A stretch of DNA of 64,000 bases from contig JAYVLI010000020.1 in assembly GCA_043759535.1 (NCBI GenBank), forward strand, positions 7,718-71,717, given 5' to 3'. A program made the position numbers and the translations under genes. A model generated the notes under the pieces. It did no database searches and was not told the DNA's origin. It worked only from the letters and a program-made list of their open reading frames with translations. The stretch is from Betaproteobacteria bacterium (lineage in GTDB: Bacteria > Pseudomonadota > Gammaproteobacteria > Burkholderiales > Burkholderiaceae_C). How positions within the stretch are numbered: the stretch's first letter is position 1; each line of letters starts with the position of its first letter. This document shows positions 28,286 through 36,828 of this stretch, piece by piece.

Positions 28286-29278
28286 TCAATCCGGCTGGAT
28301 ACGCGCTTCGCGGATCAGCTTGCCGTAACGCACTTGCTCGCTGGCCAGCAAGCTGCTGAAGCGGGCCACAGTGCCGGGCAGTGCCTCACCACCGGCGCCG
28401 ACCAGGCGGCCCTGTAGATCAGCACCGTCCAGGGCTTTTTGTACCTCGGCATGCAGGCGCGCCACCACTGCCGGTGGCAGGCCGGCCGGGCCCACCAGGC
28501 CGTACCAGACCGAGGCCTCAAAACCCGGATAACCCGATTCGGCAATGGTCGGCACATCGGGCAGGATGGCTGCGCGCTGCGGGTTGAGCACCGCCAGCAC
28601 CCGCAGCTTGCCGCTCTTGACGTGCGGCAACACTTCCAGCGCGTTGACCGCCACGGTCTGGATGTGGCCGGCCAGTGTGTCGGTGATGGCCTGGGCACCA
28701 CCTTTGTAGGGCACATGCGTGAGGGTGATGCCGGCGGCATGGGCAAACAACTCCACCGCCAAGTGCGGGGTGGAGCCATTGCCCGGTGTGCCCACATTCA
28801 CCACGCCCGGTTTGGCCCGGGTTTGCGCCATCAGCGCCGCGATGGAGCTGAGATCGCCCTGCTCGCCGGTTGCGATCACCACCGGCACCCGGCCCACAAG
28901 GGCGATGGAGGTCAAGTCACGCGCCACATCAAACGGCGGCGGCTGGTACAGCGTGGGGTTGGCCGCTGCGGCGTTGGCCACCAGCATCAGGGTGTGGCCA
29001 TCGGGTGGGCTGTCGATCAGCACGCGCATGGCCAGGTTGGTGCCGGCGCCAGGCTTGTTGTCCACAATCACCGGCTGGCTCAGCGCGGCCTGCAGCGGCT
29101 GCGCCAGCGCACGGGCAATGGTGTCCACCGCGCCGCCCGGGCTGTAGACCACCAGGATGCGCAGCGGGCGCTGCGGATAGGCTGTTGCTGGGGTCTGGGC
29201 CTGGGCTGGGGTGGACAGCAGCGCGCTTGAGAAGCACAGCGGCAACAGTGGAATTTGGACGATGGCGCGACGGCGCAT
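28286..29278 (-). CDS. Bug/TctC tripartite tricarboxylate transporter substrate-binding protein
   Basis: YPQRPLRILV.YSPGG.VD, VDNKPGAG, HVPYKGG and PDVPT. Confidence 0.92.
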   Translation of the reverse strand: MRRRAIVQIPLLPLCFSSALLSTPAQAQTPATAYPQRPLRILVVYSPGGAVDTIARALAQPLQAALSQPVIVDNKPGAGTNLAMRVLIDSPPDGHTLMLVANAAAANPTLYQPPPFDVARDLTSIALVGRVPVVIATGEQGDLSSIAALMAQTRAKPGVVNVGTPGNGSTPHLAVELFAHAAGITLTHVPYKGGAQAITDTLAGHIQTVAVNALEVLPHVKSGKLRVLAVLNPQRAAILPDVPTIAESGYPGFEASVWYGLVGPAGLPPAVVARLHAEVQKALDGADLQGRLVGAGGEALPGTVARFSSLLASEQVRYGKLIREARIQPD

Positions 29279-29407
29279 GGTGAGGCATCCCTTGGGAATC
29301 TGGCTGGCAACAATGGCAGCGCAGCGGCGGCGCGGTGCAGCGGCCGCAACATCCGACCAACACTGTAGCCGTCACCTTGCAACCCACCCAACCCGGAGCA
29401 CAACCCC

Positions 29408-29773
29408 TTGGACTTGACCGCCCTGCAAGCCAGCCTGCGCCAATTTGCCGCTGAGCGCGATTGGCAGCCTTTCCACACCCCCAAGAACCTGGCCATGGCA
29501 CTGATGGTGGAGGCGGCCGAGCTGCTGGAGATCTTCCAGTGGCTGACACCCGAGCAATCACTGGCGGTGCGTGGCGATGCGGTGCTGCAAGACCGGGCGG
29601 CGGACGAGATGGCCGACGTGTTGCTTTACCTGCTGCAGCTTGCTGACCACACCGGTGTGGACGTGCAAGCCGCAGTCGCCCGCAAGTTGATAAAAAACGC
29701 GGTCAAGCACCCAGCGCTACACGGCCCAGCGCCAACCGGTCCAACGCCGCCTGCTCCCCCGGACGCAGCGTGA
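29408..29773 (+). CDS. MazG-like all-alpha NTP pyrophosphohydrolase
   Basis: FAAERDWQPFHTPKNL, EAAELLEIFQW and DEMADVLLYL. Confidence 0.88.
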   Translation: MDLTALQASLRQFAAERDWQPFHTPKNLAMALMVEAAELLEIFQWLTPEQSLAVRGDAVLQDRAADEMADVLLYLLQLADHTGVDVQAAVARKLIKNAVKHPALHGPAPTGPTPPAPPDAA

Positions 29774-30515
29774 GCACCTCCACGCCGGTCTCGGTGACCA
29801 GCACGGTGTGCTCCCACTGGGCTGACAACGAGCGGTCTTTGGTCACCACCGTCCAGTTGTCGGGCTGCACTTTGACCTCAGGCCGGCCGGCGTTGAGCAT
29901 GGGCTCGATGGTGAAGGTCATGCCTGGCACCAACATGTGGCCGCTGCCACGTTTGCCAAAGTGGCGCACCTCGGGTTCTTCATGCATGGCCAGGCCAATG
30001 CCGTGGCCGCAAAAATCACGCACCACCGAATAACCGTGCGCTGACGCGTGCTGCGTGATCGCCGCGCCAATATCGCCCAGCGTGCCGCCCGGCCGCACCT
30101 GCAAGATGCCCAGGTACAGCGCCTCTTGCGTCACGCGCGCCAGCCGGGCGGCGGCGATGCCGGGTTTGCCGGCAAAAAACGTGGCGCTGGTATCGGCATG
30201 CACCCCGTCCACAGCCACCACCAGGTCGATGTTGAGCAGGTCACCGTCTTTCAGCAGCTTGGGGCCGGGCACACCGTGGCACACCACCTGGTTGACCGAG
30301 ATGCAGGTGGCGTGTGCATAACCCTCGTAGCCGATGCAGGACGCCACCCCGCCGCGGGACTCGATGTAGCGCTGGCACAAGGCATCCAGCTCGGCGGTGG
30401 TCACGCCTGGCCGCACCTCGGGGCCGATCATCTCCACCGTGCCGATGGCGATGGCAGCGGCTTGGCGCATGGTGGCAATCAGCGCGGGCGGCTTGGCGAA
30501 GGTGGAGGTGAGCAT
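29703..30515 (-). CDS. map: Type I methionine aminopeptidase
   Basis: CISVNQVVCHGVP, LNID, ADTS, FCGHGIG, FTIEPM and SAQWEHT, with all metal ligands present. Confidence 0.93.
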   Translation of the reverse strand: MLTSTFAKPPALIATMRQAAAIAIGTVEMIGPEVRPGVTTAELDALCQRYIESRGGVASCIGYEGYAHATCISVNQVVCHGVPGPKLLKDGDLLNIDLVVAVDGVHADTSATFFAGKPGIAAARLARVTQEALYLGILQVRPGGTLGDIGAAITQHASAHGYSVVRDFCGHGIGLAMHEEPEVRHFGKRGSGHMLVPGMTFTIEPMLNAGRPEVKVQPDNWTVVTKDRSLSAQWEHTVLVTETGVEVLTLRPGEQAALDRLALGRVALGA

Positions 30516-30613
30516 GGGCCGGATTATCGCCAGCCTCCACGTTGGCCCGCATGGCGGCAGGCGGCGCCGGCGGGCAGGATGGCAGCCACGCCATTGTTGG
30601 CACAGCACCGTGA

Positions 30614-32272
30614 ATGCCACCCATGCCGGCCCTGCTCCACCCCAACCACCCCCACCCCTTCACCGGCCTGGACGTGCCCAGCCTGCTGGCGCACCGGGCG
30701 GCGTGCCGGCCCGACCATGTGTTCATCGCCTGGGAGCCGTTTGATGGCCAGTCTGACGGCCAATCCGGCAGCCAACCCGAGACCTGGACTTACGCCCGCT
30801 TTGCGCACCAGGTGGGCCGCATTGCCGGTGGCCTGGCGCGGCGTGGTGTGGTGGCGGGGGACAGCGTGTTGATCCACCTCGACAACTGCCCTGAATCCCT
30901 GCTGGCCTGGTATGCCTGTGCCCAGCTGGGTGCGGTGGCCGTCACCACCAATGCCCGCGCAGTGGCCGACGAGCTGACGTATTACGCTGAGCATTGCGGC
31001 GCGGTGGCGGCCATCACCCAGCCCAAATTTGCGGCGCTGTTGGCACAAAGCTGCCCGCACCTGCGCTGGTTGGTAGTGACCGCCACCGACAACGGCGCAG
31101 CGCCAGCCCAGCCGGTGGAAGCCGGCCAGCGCTTTGCCACGCTGGACGCTGACCCACCACCGCGCCGCACACCTGACCCGTTAGCACCGTGCAGCGTGCA
31201 GTACACCTCAGGCACCACATCACGGCCCAAGGCGGTGTTGTGGACCCATGCCAACGCGCTGTGGGGCGCCCGCATCAATGCCGCACATGAAGACCTGCAG
31301 CCCGGCGATGTGCACATGGTGCATCTGCCGCTGTTCCACACCAACGCGCAAGCCTACTCGGTGCTGGCCACCTTGTGGACCGGTGGCACGGCGGTGGTGC
31401 TGCCGCGGTTTTCGGCCAGCCGGTTCTGGCCGCTGTCGCTCAAGCATGGCTGCACCTGGGTGTCGATGATTCCGTTCTGCATCAAGGCGCTGATGGCGCA
31501 TGCGGTGCCCGCCGCCCACCAGTACCGGCTGTGGGGCGCGGCCGCGTGTGACCTGCCCACTGACCCGCACTTCCGGGTGCAAACCCTGGGCTGGTGGGGC
31601 ATGACCGAGACCATCAGCCACGGCATCGTCAGTGACAAACACTGGCCCAGCGCGCCCCTCAGCATCGGCCGGCCGGCACCGGAGTACGGCATTGCCATCG
31701 TCGATGACGACAGCGTGCCGCTGGTGGATGCCAACCCGGTGGGGCGCGGTGGCTCGGGTCAGTTGATGGTGCGCGGGCTGCGTGGCCTGTCGCTGTTTGC
31801 CGAGTACCTGGGCAATGCCGCTGCCACCGAGGCCAGCTTTACCGCCGACGGCTGGTTTCGCACCGGCGACCGGGTGGATTTGCTGGACGACGGGTCCATC
31901 CGTTTTGGTGACCGCACCAAAGACATGCTCAAAGTGGGCGGCGAGAACGTGGCTGCGTCAGAGATCGAGCGGGTGGTGGCCAGCGTGGCCGGTGTGCATG
32001 AATGCGCCGTGGTGGCCCGCGCCCACCGCATGCTGGACGAGGTACCGGTGCTGTTTGTGCTGCCGCTGGCCGGCCTGAACGGCGCTGCTGCACTGGTCGA
32101 CCTGGCCGACCGGGTGCGCGCCGCCTGCGTCGCCCAGTTGGCGGATTTCAAACGCCCACATGAGGTGCGCTTGGTGACCAGCCTGCCCCGGTCAACCCTG
32201 GAGAAGATTGCCAAGGCCGAGTTGCGGCGCCAGTTGGCGGACGAGGTGGCGGCCAACGGCCGCACGGCCTGA
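30614..32272 (+). CDS. AMP-binding acyl-CoA ligase (CaiC-like)
   Basis: YTSGTTSRPK, WGMTET, GWFRTGD and MLKVGGENV. Confidence 0.9.
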   Translation: MPPMPALLHPNHPHPFTGLDVPSLLAHRAACRPDHVFIAWEPFDGQSDGQSGSQPETWTYARFAHQVGRIAGGLARRGVVAGDSVLIHLDNCPESLLAWYACAQLGAVAVTTNARAVADELTYYAEHCGAVAAITQPKFAALLAQSCPHLRWLVVTATDNGAAPAQPVEAGQRFATLDADPPPRRTPDPLAPCSVQYTSGTTSRPKAVLWTHANALWGARINAAHEDLQPGDVHMVHLPLFHTNAQAYSVLATLWTGGTAVVLPRFSASRFWPLSLKHGCTWVSMIPFCIKALMAHAVPAAHQYRLWGAAACDLPTDPHFRVQTLGWWGMTETISHGIVSDKHWPSAPLSIGRPAPEYGIAIVDDDSVPLVDANPVGRGGSGQLMVRGLRGLSLFAEYLGNAAATEASFTADGWFRTGDRVDLLDDGSIRFGDRTKDMLKVGGENVAASEIERVVASVAGVHECAVVARAHRMLDEVPVLFVLPLAGLNGAAALVDLADRVRAACVAQLADFKRPHEVRLVTSLPRSTLEKIAKAELRRQLADEVAANGRTA

Positions 32273-32282
32273 CGCCAGCGCG

Positions 32283-32864
32283 TTAGCCGGCAGGATGCAG
32301 CCGCGTGTCCACCACCAACCGCTGCTGGTGCAACAAGTGATAACGGCCGGCCGCCACAGTGGGCGCCAGCACCAGGTTCCAGCTGCATTTGGACACCGCG
32401 CTGGGCAACAGCACGATGCCGTGGGCGGCCAGCAAACCGGCACCAAACTGCTGCTGACCAGCACTGGGGGTGCCGCCGTGCAGCCAGGCTGGGTTGGGCA
32501 GCTCGTCGGGCTGCACCACGCGGATGGGGGCTGCCGTCCCGGGGGCAGCAGCCACCGCGTCCAGCGTGATCTGCACACAGCTCAGCACATGCGGCTGGGT
32601 GTCCAGCACCGCAAAGCCACGGTGCACTGCGGCCTCCACCAGGCAGGTGGCCGGGTCCAGGCTGCAGTACACCGCACGCTGGCCTTTGGGGTTCCAGCGG
32701 CCGCCGTACAGCTCAGCGCCGATGCCGCTGTCCCACTGCGGCGCAAAGCACTCGGCGTCGATGCGCCAGGCCAGCAGGTGGCCCGCCGTGGTGCCGGGTG
32801 TTGGCAAAGCCGCAGGTAGCGCGGCCATGGGCGGCGCGGCACCCAACATCCAAGCGGCCGCCAT
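32283..32864 (-). CDS. RES domain toxin (NAD+-targeting family)
   Basis: R, E and S residues in WRID, LVEA and LPSAV, plus GGRWNPKG. Confidence 0.88.
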   Translation of the reverse strand: MAAAWMLGAAPPMAALPAALPTPGTTAGHLLAWRIDAECFAPQWDSGIGAELYGGRWNPKGQRAVYCSLDPATCLVEAAVHRGFAVLDTQPHVLSCVQITLDAVAAAPGTAAPIRVVQPDELPNPAWLHGGTPSAGQQQFGAGLLAAHGIVLLPSAVSKCSWNLVLAPTVAAGRYHLLHQQRLVVDTRLHPAG

Positions 32865-32866
32865 GC

Positions 32867-33439
32867 TCAGTTGTAGACGCCGTGTTCCAGCCGGCCCAGC
32901 AGTTCGGTCACCAGCTCGGCGCCTTGCAGGGTGCGCAGCAGGTCAATGGGCACGGCGCCGTCCAGGCCCATGGCCGGCTGGGCCATCCAGCGCTCAGCGG
33001 CGTCGCGGTTGCCAAACACCACGCTGGCCTGGGCCAAGGTTTCGGCCAGCAGCCAGGTTTTGCTGGCCAGATCAGGCGGCATGGCCTTTTGCGGCTGGTC
33101 AAACAAGCGGCGCAAAGTGCGGGTGCTGATGCCCAGCGCGTCAGCCACCTGCTCGGGCTTGAGGGCCGACAAATGCTGCACCAACGTACACAGCACCGCC
33201 GCCGGCAGGCCTTGCACCAGGCGACCGTGGATCTCGGCCCGGCTTTGCGGCAGCACCTTGAACTGGCGCCGGCCACCCATGAACTCAATCGCCCCGGCAC
33301 TGACGGCGGCCACCACACCCCCCTGCGCTGGCCAGGGCGGTGTTGACTCACGCACCGCCAGCATTGGATGGGCTGCGGCCAACCTTGGAGTGGCCGCAGA
33401 GGTCTGCGGGGCGGGAGTGGATTGCAGCAAGGCACGCAT
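32867..33439 (-). CDS. Xre/MbcA/ParS antitoxin
   Basis: HTH ALGISTRTLRR plus C-terminal AERWMAQPAMGLDGAVPIDLL...G, 2 bp from the RES gene. Start uncertain. Confidence 0.85.
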   Translation of the reverse strand: MRALLQSTPAPQTSAATPRLAAAHPMLAVRESTPPWPAQGGVVAAVSAGAIEFMGGRRQFKVLPQSRAEIHGRLVQGLPAAVLCTLVQHLSALKPEQVADALGISTRTLRRLFDQPQKAMPPDLASKTWLLAETLAQASVVFGNRDAAERWMAQPAMGLDGAVPIDLLRTLQGAELVTELLGRLEHGVYN

Positions 33440-33550
33440 CAGACAAATGTCGCGTCAATCAGGCCAATTGTCAAGCGCGGTGTATTGCGGGGTGTAGGGC
33501 TCGGTGGGCGCTCGGTGGGCGCTTGGACGCGCTCGGGCGCCTCCACGCCG

Positions 33551-34039
33551 TCAAGCCGTCAAGCCCTGCAGGCTGTGTACCGTGCGCAGGCAGGCCTGGG
33601 CTGCCTCGGTGCCTTTCAGCACAAAGTGATCGGCAAAAAACTGCCGGTGCTCAGCGTGGTCGTGAAAGCTCTTGGGCGTCAGCACCGCTGAGAGCACCGG
33701 CACGCCGCTGTCCAGCTGCACCCGCATCAGGCCGCTGATCACTGCGTCGGCCACAAACTCATGGCAGTAGATGCCACCGTCCACCACCAGCGCGCAGGCC
33801 ACGATGGCCGCGTAGCGGCCGCTGCGGGCCAAGGCCTGGGCATGCAGCGGAATCTCAAACGCGCCGGGCAGCGCCACCACGTCCACCTGGCTGGCCGCAA
33901 CGCCGGCGCGGGCCATTTCAGCCAAAAAAGCATCGCGCCCGCGCAGCACGATCTCGGCGTGCCACTGGGCATGCAAAAAGGCGAAGCGCGGCTTGTTGGC
34001 TGGAGTGGGATTGGTGTCGCCGGTGGAGGTGGATGTCAT
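33551..34039 (-). CDS. ribH2: 6,7-dimethyl-8-ribityllumazine synthase, type II
   Basis: AQWHAEIV, PGAFEIPL, VVDGGIY.HEFVA and VLTP...HF..KG.EAA. Confidence 0.9.
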   Translation of the reverse strand: MTSTSTGDTNPTPANKPRFAFLHAQWHAEIVLRGRDAFLAEMARAGVAASQVDVVALPGAFEIPLHAQALARSGRYAAIVACALVVDGGIYCHEFVADAVISGLMRVQLDSGVPVLSAVLTPKSFHDHAEHRQFFADHFVLKGTEAAQACLRTVHSLQGLTA

Positions 34040-34069
34040 GCTTGATCCTCAAAAACAGGGTTGCCAAGA

Positions 34070-34180
34070 TCAGGGCGCACGCAGCCCGGCGGCCCCCACA
34101 AGCAGGCCGGGCGCTCGCGGGCTGGTGCGTCAACCTGACGCCATCACCGCCGGTGGGGACTTGCACCCCGCCCTGAGAAC
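34070..34180 (-). ncRNA. FMN (RFN) riboswitch remnant, 5' half only
   Basis: The minus strand reads GTTCTCAGGGCGGGGTGCAAGTCCCCACCGGCGGT...AGCCCGCGAGCGC (RFN P1-P4) upstream of ribH2. The 3' motifs (CAGA.CCGGTG..A.TCCGG, CCGAC.GT, AGTCCGGATG) are absent. Confidence 0.7.
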
Positions 34181-34305
34181 GCTGCGCCGGGCCATGGCCC
34201 AGACGCTGCGAGATGTTAGCCAGCGCGTCTTGGCCCCTGCTTCGCCCAGGCGACACTGCAGGCCCCGCAGGCGTGTCTGCCCTGTTGCCACACCGAGAAC
34301 ACCCC

Positions 34306-35538
34306 ATGAACCCCATCGTCATCGTTGGCGGCGGCCATGCCGGCGCCCAACTCTGCGCCGCGCTGGCTGAGGCCGGCCTGGGCCCACGCACCCACCTGGT
34401 CTGCGCCGAGCCCCACCTGCCCTACCAGCGCCCGCCGTTGTCCAAGGCTTTCTTGAAAGACCCGGGCCAGGCCTTGCAAGCCCACCGCGCCGAGGCCTGG
34501 TTTGCCACTGCCGGCATCACCTTGCATCTTGGCGATGCGGCGCTGGAGATAAACCGCAGCGCCCGCACACTGCGCCTGCAATCGGGCAGCGTGCTGCCGT
34601 ATGACCAGTTGGTGCTGGCCACCGGCGCCCGGGCACGCCAGTTGGCTGGCCTGCAGGCCGGGTTGGACAACGTGATCAGCCTGCGCCAGGCCGCTGATGC
34701 CATGGCGTTGCGCCAGCGCCTGGCCGGCGCCAATTCGCTCACGGTGCTGGGCGGTGGCTTCATTGGGCTGGAGGTGGCCGCCACCGCCCGCGCGCTGGGC
34801 CTGGCGGTGCAAGTGATCGAAACCGCGCCACGCTTGCTGGGCCGCTCGGTGTCGGCGGAGTTGGCGGCGCACATCCTGGCAGTCCACCGCACGGCAGGCA
34901 TCACCATCAACCTGTCAGCCAAAGTGAGCGACATCGTACAGGACGGCCAGCGCCTGCAGTCACTGGTGGTGGACGGCCAGACCGTGCCGGTGGACTTGCT
35001 GCTGCTGGGCATTGGCGCCGAGCCTGAAACCGGCCTGGCGCAAGCCGCCGGCCTGCTGCTGGACAACGGCATCATGGTGGACGCCGCGATGCGCAGCAGT
35101 GACCCGCACATCCTGGCCATCGGTGATGTGGCGCAGTTCCCGGTGGGCGGCGGCTGGGCGGCTGATGGCACCCGGCTGCGCTTGGAATCAGTGCAAAACG
35201 CCAATGACCAAGCCCGCACCGCAGCCGCCACGTTGCAAGGCCAGGCCGCCACTTACGCCGCCCTGCCGTGGTTCTGGTCAGAGCAAGGCACCTTGCGCCT
35301 GCAGATGGCCGGGCTGATGCCAGCGGCTGACGGGCCCGGCGTGCAGCGCCACCGCCGGCCCGGCGCGAGTGAGGCCAGCTTCTCGGTATTCCACTACCAA
35401 GACGACAGGCTGGTGTGTGTGGAATCGGTCAACGCGCCGATGGACCACATGCTGTCGCGCAAGCTGATGGAGGCCAGCCGCCACCCGGCGCCAACGCTGG
35501 CCAGTGACCCGGCGGTGGCTTTGAAGTCGCTGTTGTGA
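34306..35538 (+). CDS. FAD-dependent ferredoxin reductase (oxygenase-coupled type)
   Basis: VGGGHAG, PYQRPPLSK, LGGGFIGLE, AIGDVA, RLESVQNA and PWFWSEQ. Confidence 0.92.
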   Translation: MNPIVIVGGGHAGAQLCAALAEAGLGPRTHLVCAEPHLPYQRPPLSKAFLKDPGQALQAHRAEAWFATAGITLHLGDAALEINRSARTLRLQSGSVLPYDQLVLATGARARQLAGLQAGLDNVISLRQAADAMALRQRLAGANSLTVLGGGFIGLEVAATARALGLAVQVIETAPRLLGRSVSAELAAHILAVHRTAGITINLSAKVSDIVQDGQRLQSLVVDGQTVPVDLLLLGIGAEPETGLAQAAGLLLDNGIMVDAAMRSSDPHILAIGDVAQFPVGGGWAADGTRLRLESVQNANDQARTAAATLQGQAATYAALPWFWSEQGTLRLQMAGLMPAADGPGVQRHRRPGASEASFSVFHYQDDRLVCVESVNAPMDHMLSRKLMEASRHPAPTLASDPAVALKSLL

Positions 35539-35674
35539 GCCCCTGGACTATTTGACGGGCGCAGTGTCAACCCACCCGGGTAAACCCGGAATTGTGCCTG
35601 CAAGCCCGGCGACAAACCCGGCCCGCTTATCAGAATCGGAGCTTCATCGAATCTGGTTTTGATCAGAACATCCC

Positions 35675-35797
35675 ATGACCACCACCAAGTCCCTGCTCGT
35701 CGCCGCCCTGCTGTCTGGCGCCGCTGCCCTGTCCTTCGCCCAAGCGCCTGCCGCGCCGGCTGCTGCTGCTGCCCCGGCCGCCGCTGCCAGCAAGTAA
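35675..35797 (+). CDS. 40-aa exported Ala/Pro-rich small protein
   Basis: Below the ORF-track cutoff. MTTTKSLLVAALLSGAAALSFA|QAPAAPAAAAAPAAAASK*, with a signal peptide and its own terminator. Confidence 0.65.
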   Translation: MTTTKSLLVAALLSGAAALSFAQAPAAPAAAAAPAAAASK

Positions 35798-35842
35798 GAC
35801 ATCACCCGCGCCGGCCGCTGCTGCTGCTGCGCGTTGGCCAAC

Positions 35843-35870
35843 AAGGGCTGGGGTTTCCCAGCCCTTTTTT
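35843..35870 (+). terminator. Rho-independent terminator
   Basis: AAGGGCTGGG-GTTT-CCCAGCCCTT-TTTT. Confidence 0.85.
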
Positions 35871-35886
35871 CGTGGGCGCTGGGTGT

Positions 35887-36675
35887 TCAAGCGCTGCTGC
35901 CCATCACCCGGGCGCGCAAGCGCCGCATGCCACGCAGCCAGCGGTCACAGTCGGCCGTCTTGCGTTGCCAGAAGCCCAGCACCTCGGCATGCGGCAGGAT
36001 CAAGAAGCGCCCTTCCTGCAGGCCTTGCAGCGCACAGGCCGCCACCGCGTCAGCCGTGAGCGCACCCTCCCCCAAAAAACTGGGCCGGCCGGTGCTTGCA
36101 TCGGCGCCCAGCAACATCGGTGTCAGCACGCCTTGTGGGCACAGGCAGCTGACATGGATGCCGGCGTCACCGTGGGCGATGGCCAGCCATTCGGCAAAGC
36201 CCACCGCAGCGTGTTTGGTCACTGAATACGGCGCCGCGTTGACCTGGCTCAGCAGCCCGGCGGCCGACGCGGTTTGCAACAACCAACCCTGGCCACGCCC
36301 CAGCATCTGCGGCAGCACCGCGTTGGCCGCATGCACATGGGCCATCACATTGACATCCCAGTGGCGCTGCCACACCGCAGCGGGGGCGTCGGCATCGGCG
36401 CGGTTGATGATGCCGGCGTTGCTGCAGAAGATGTCCACCTGGCCGTAGCGGGCGGTGGCAGCGTCCACCAGCGCCTGCACTTCGGTCTGCAGCGCCACGT
36501 TGGTGGGCACGGCCAGGCCGCCAATCTGCGCGGCCACGGTGGCCGCACCGGCGGCGTCCAGATCGGCCACCACCACACCGCGCGCGCCAGCCTGCGCAAA
36601 GGCCAGGCACAGCGCCCGGCCAATGCCGGACGCACCACCGGTGACCACCACCACCTTGCCCTGGAAGTCCATCAT
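35887..36675 (-). CDS. SDR family oxidoreductase
   Basis: TGGASGIG, SNAGI and YSVTK. Confidence 0.93.
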   Translation of the reverse strand: MMDFQGKVVVVTGGASGIGRALCLAFAQAGARGVVVADLDAAGAATVAAQIGGLAVPTNVALQTEVQALVDAATARYGQVDIFCSNAGIINRADADAPAAVWQRHWDVNVMAHVHAANAVLPQMLGRGQGWLLQTASAAGLLSQVNAAPYSVTKHAAVGFAEWLAIAHGDAGIHVSCLCPQGVLTPMLLGADASTGRPSFLGEGALTADAVAACALQGLQEGRFLILPHAEVLGFWQRKTADCDRWLRGMRRLRARVMGSSA

Positions 36676-36828
36676 CTGCGCTGCCTTGTTGCGGGTTGTC
36701 GGGCCGTGATTTCAGCCTGCTGCAGTGCAGCCCAACAAGCACGTGGGCGACAACGCTGCGGCAGGCCGCGCTGCTATCGTGATTGCCCCCTCTCCCCGCA
36801 ACCGCGCACTTGCCGCCCAACACCGCCC

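Noticed and set aside
36274-36828. N-terminal extension making a 710-aa ligase
   Set aside because: It is the antisense shadow of the SDR gene. Ligase-like sequence starts at about 36829-36868.
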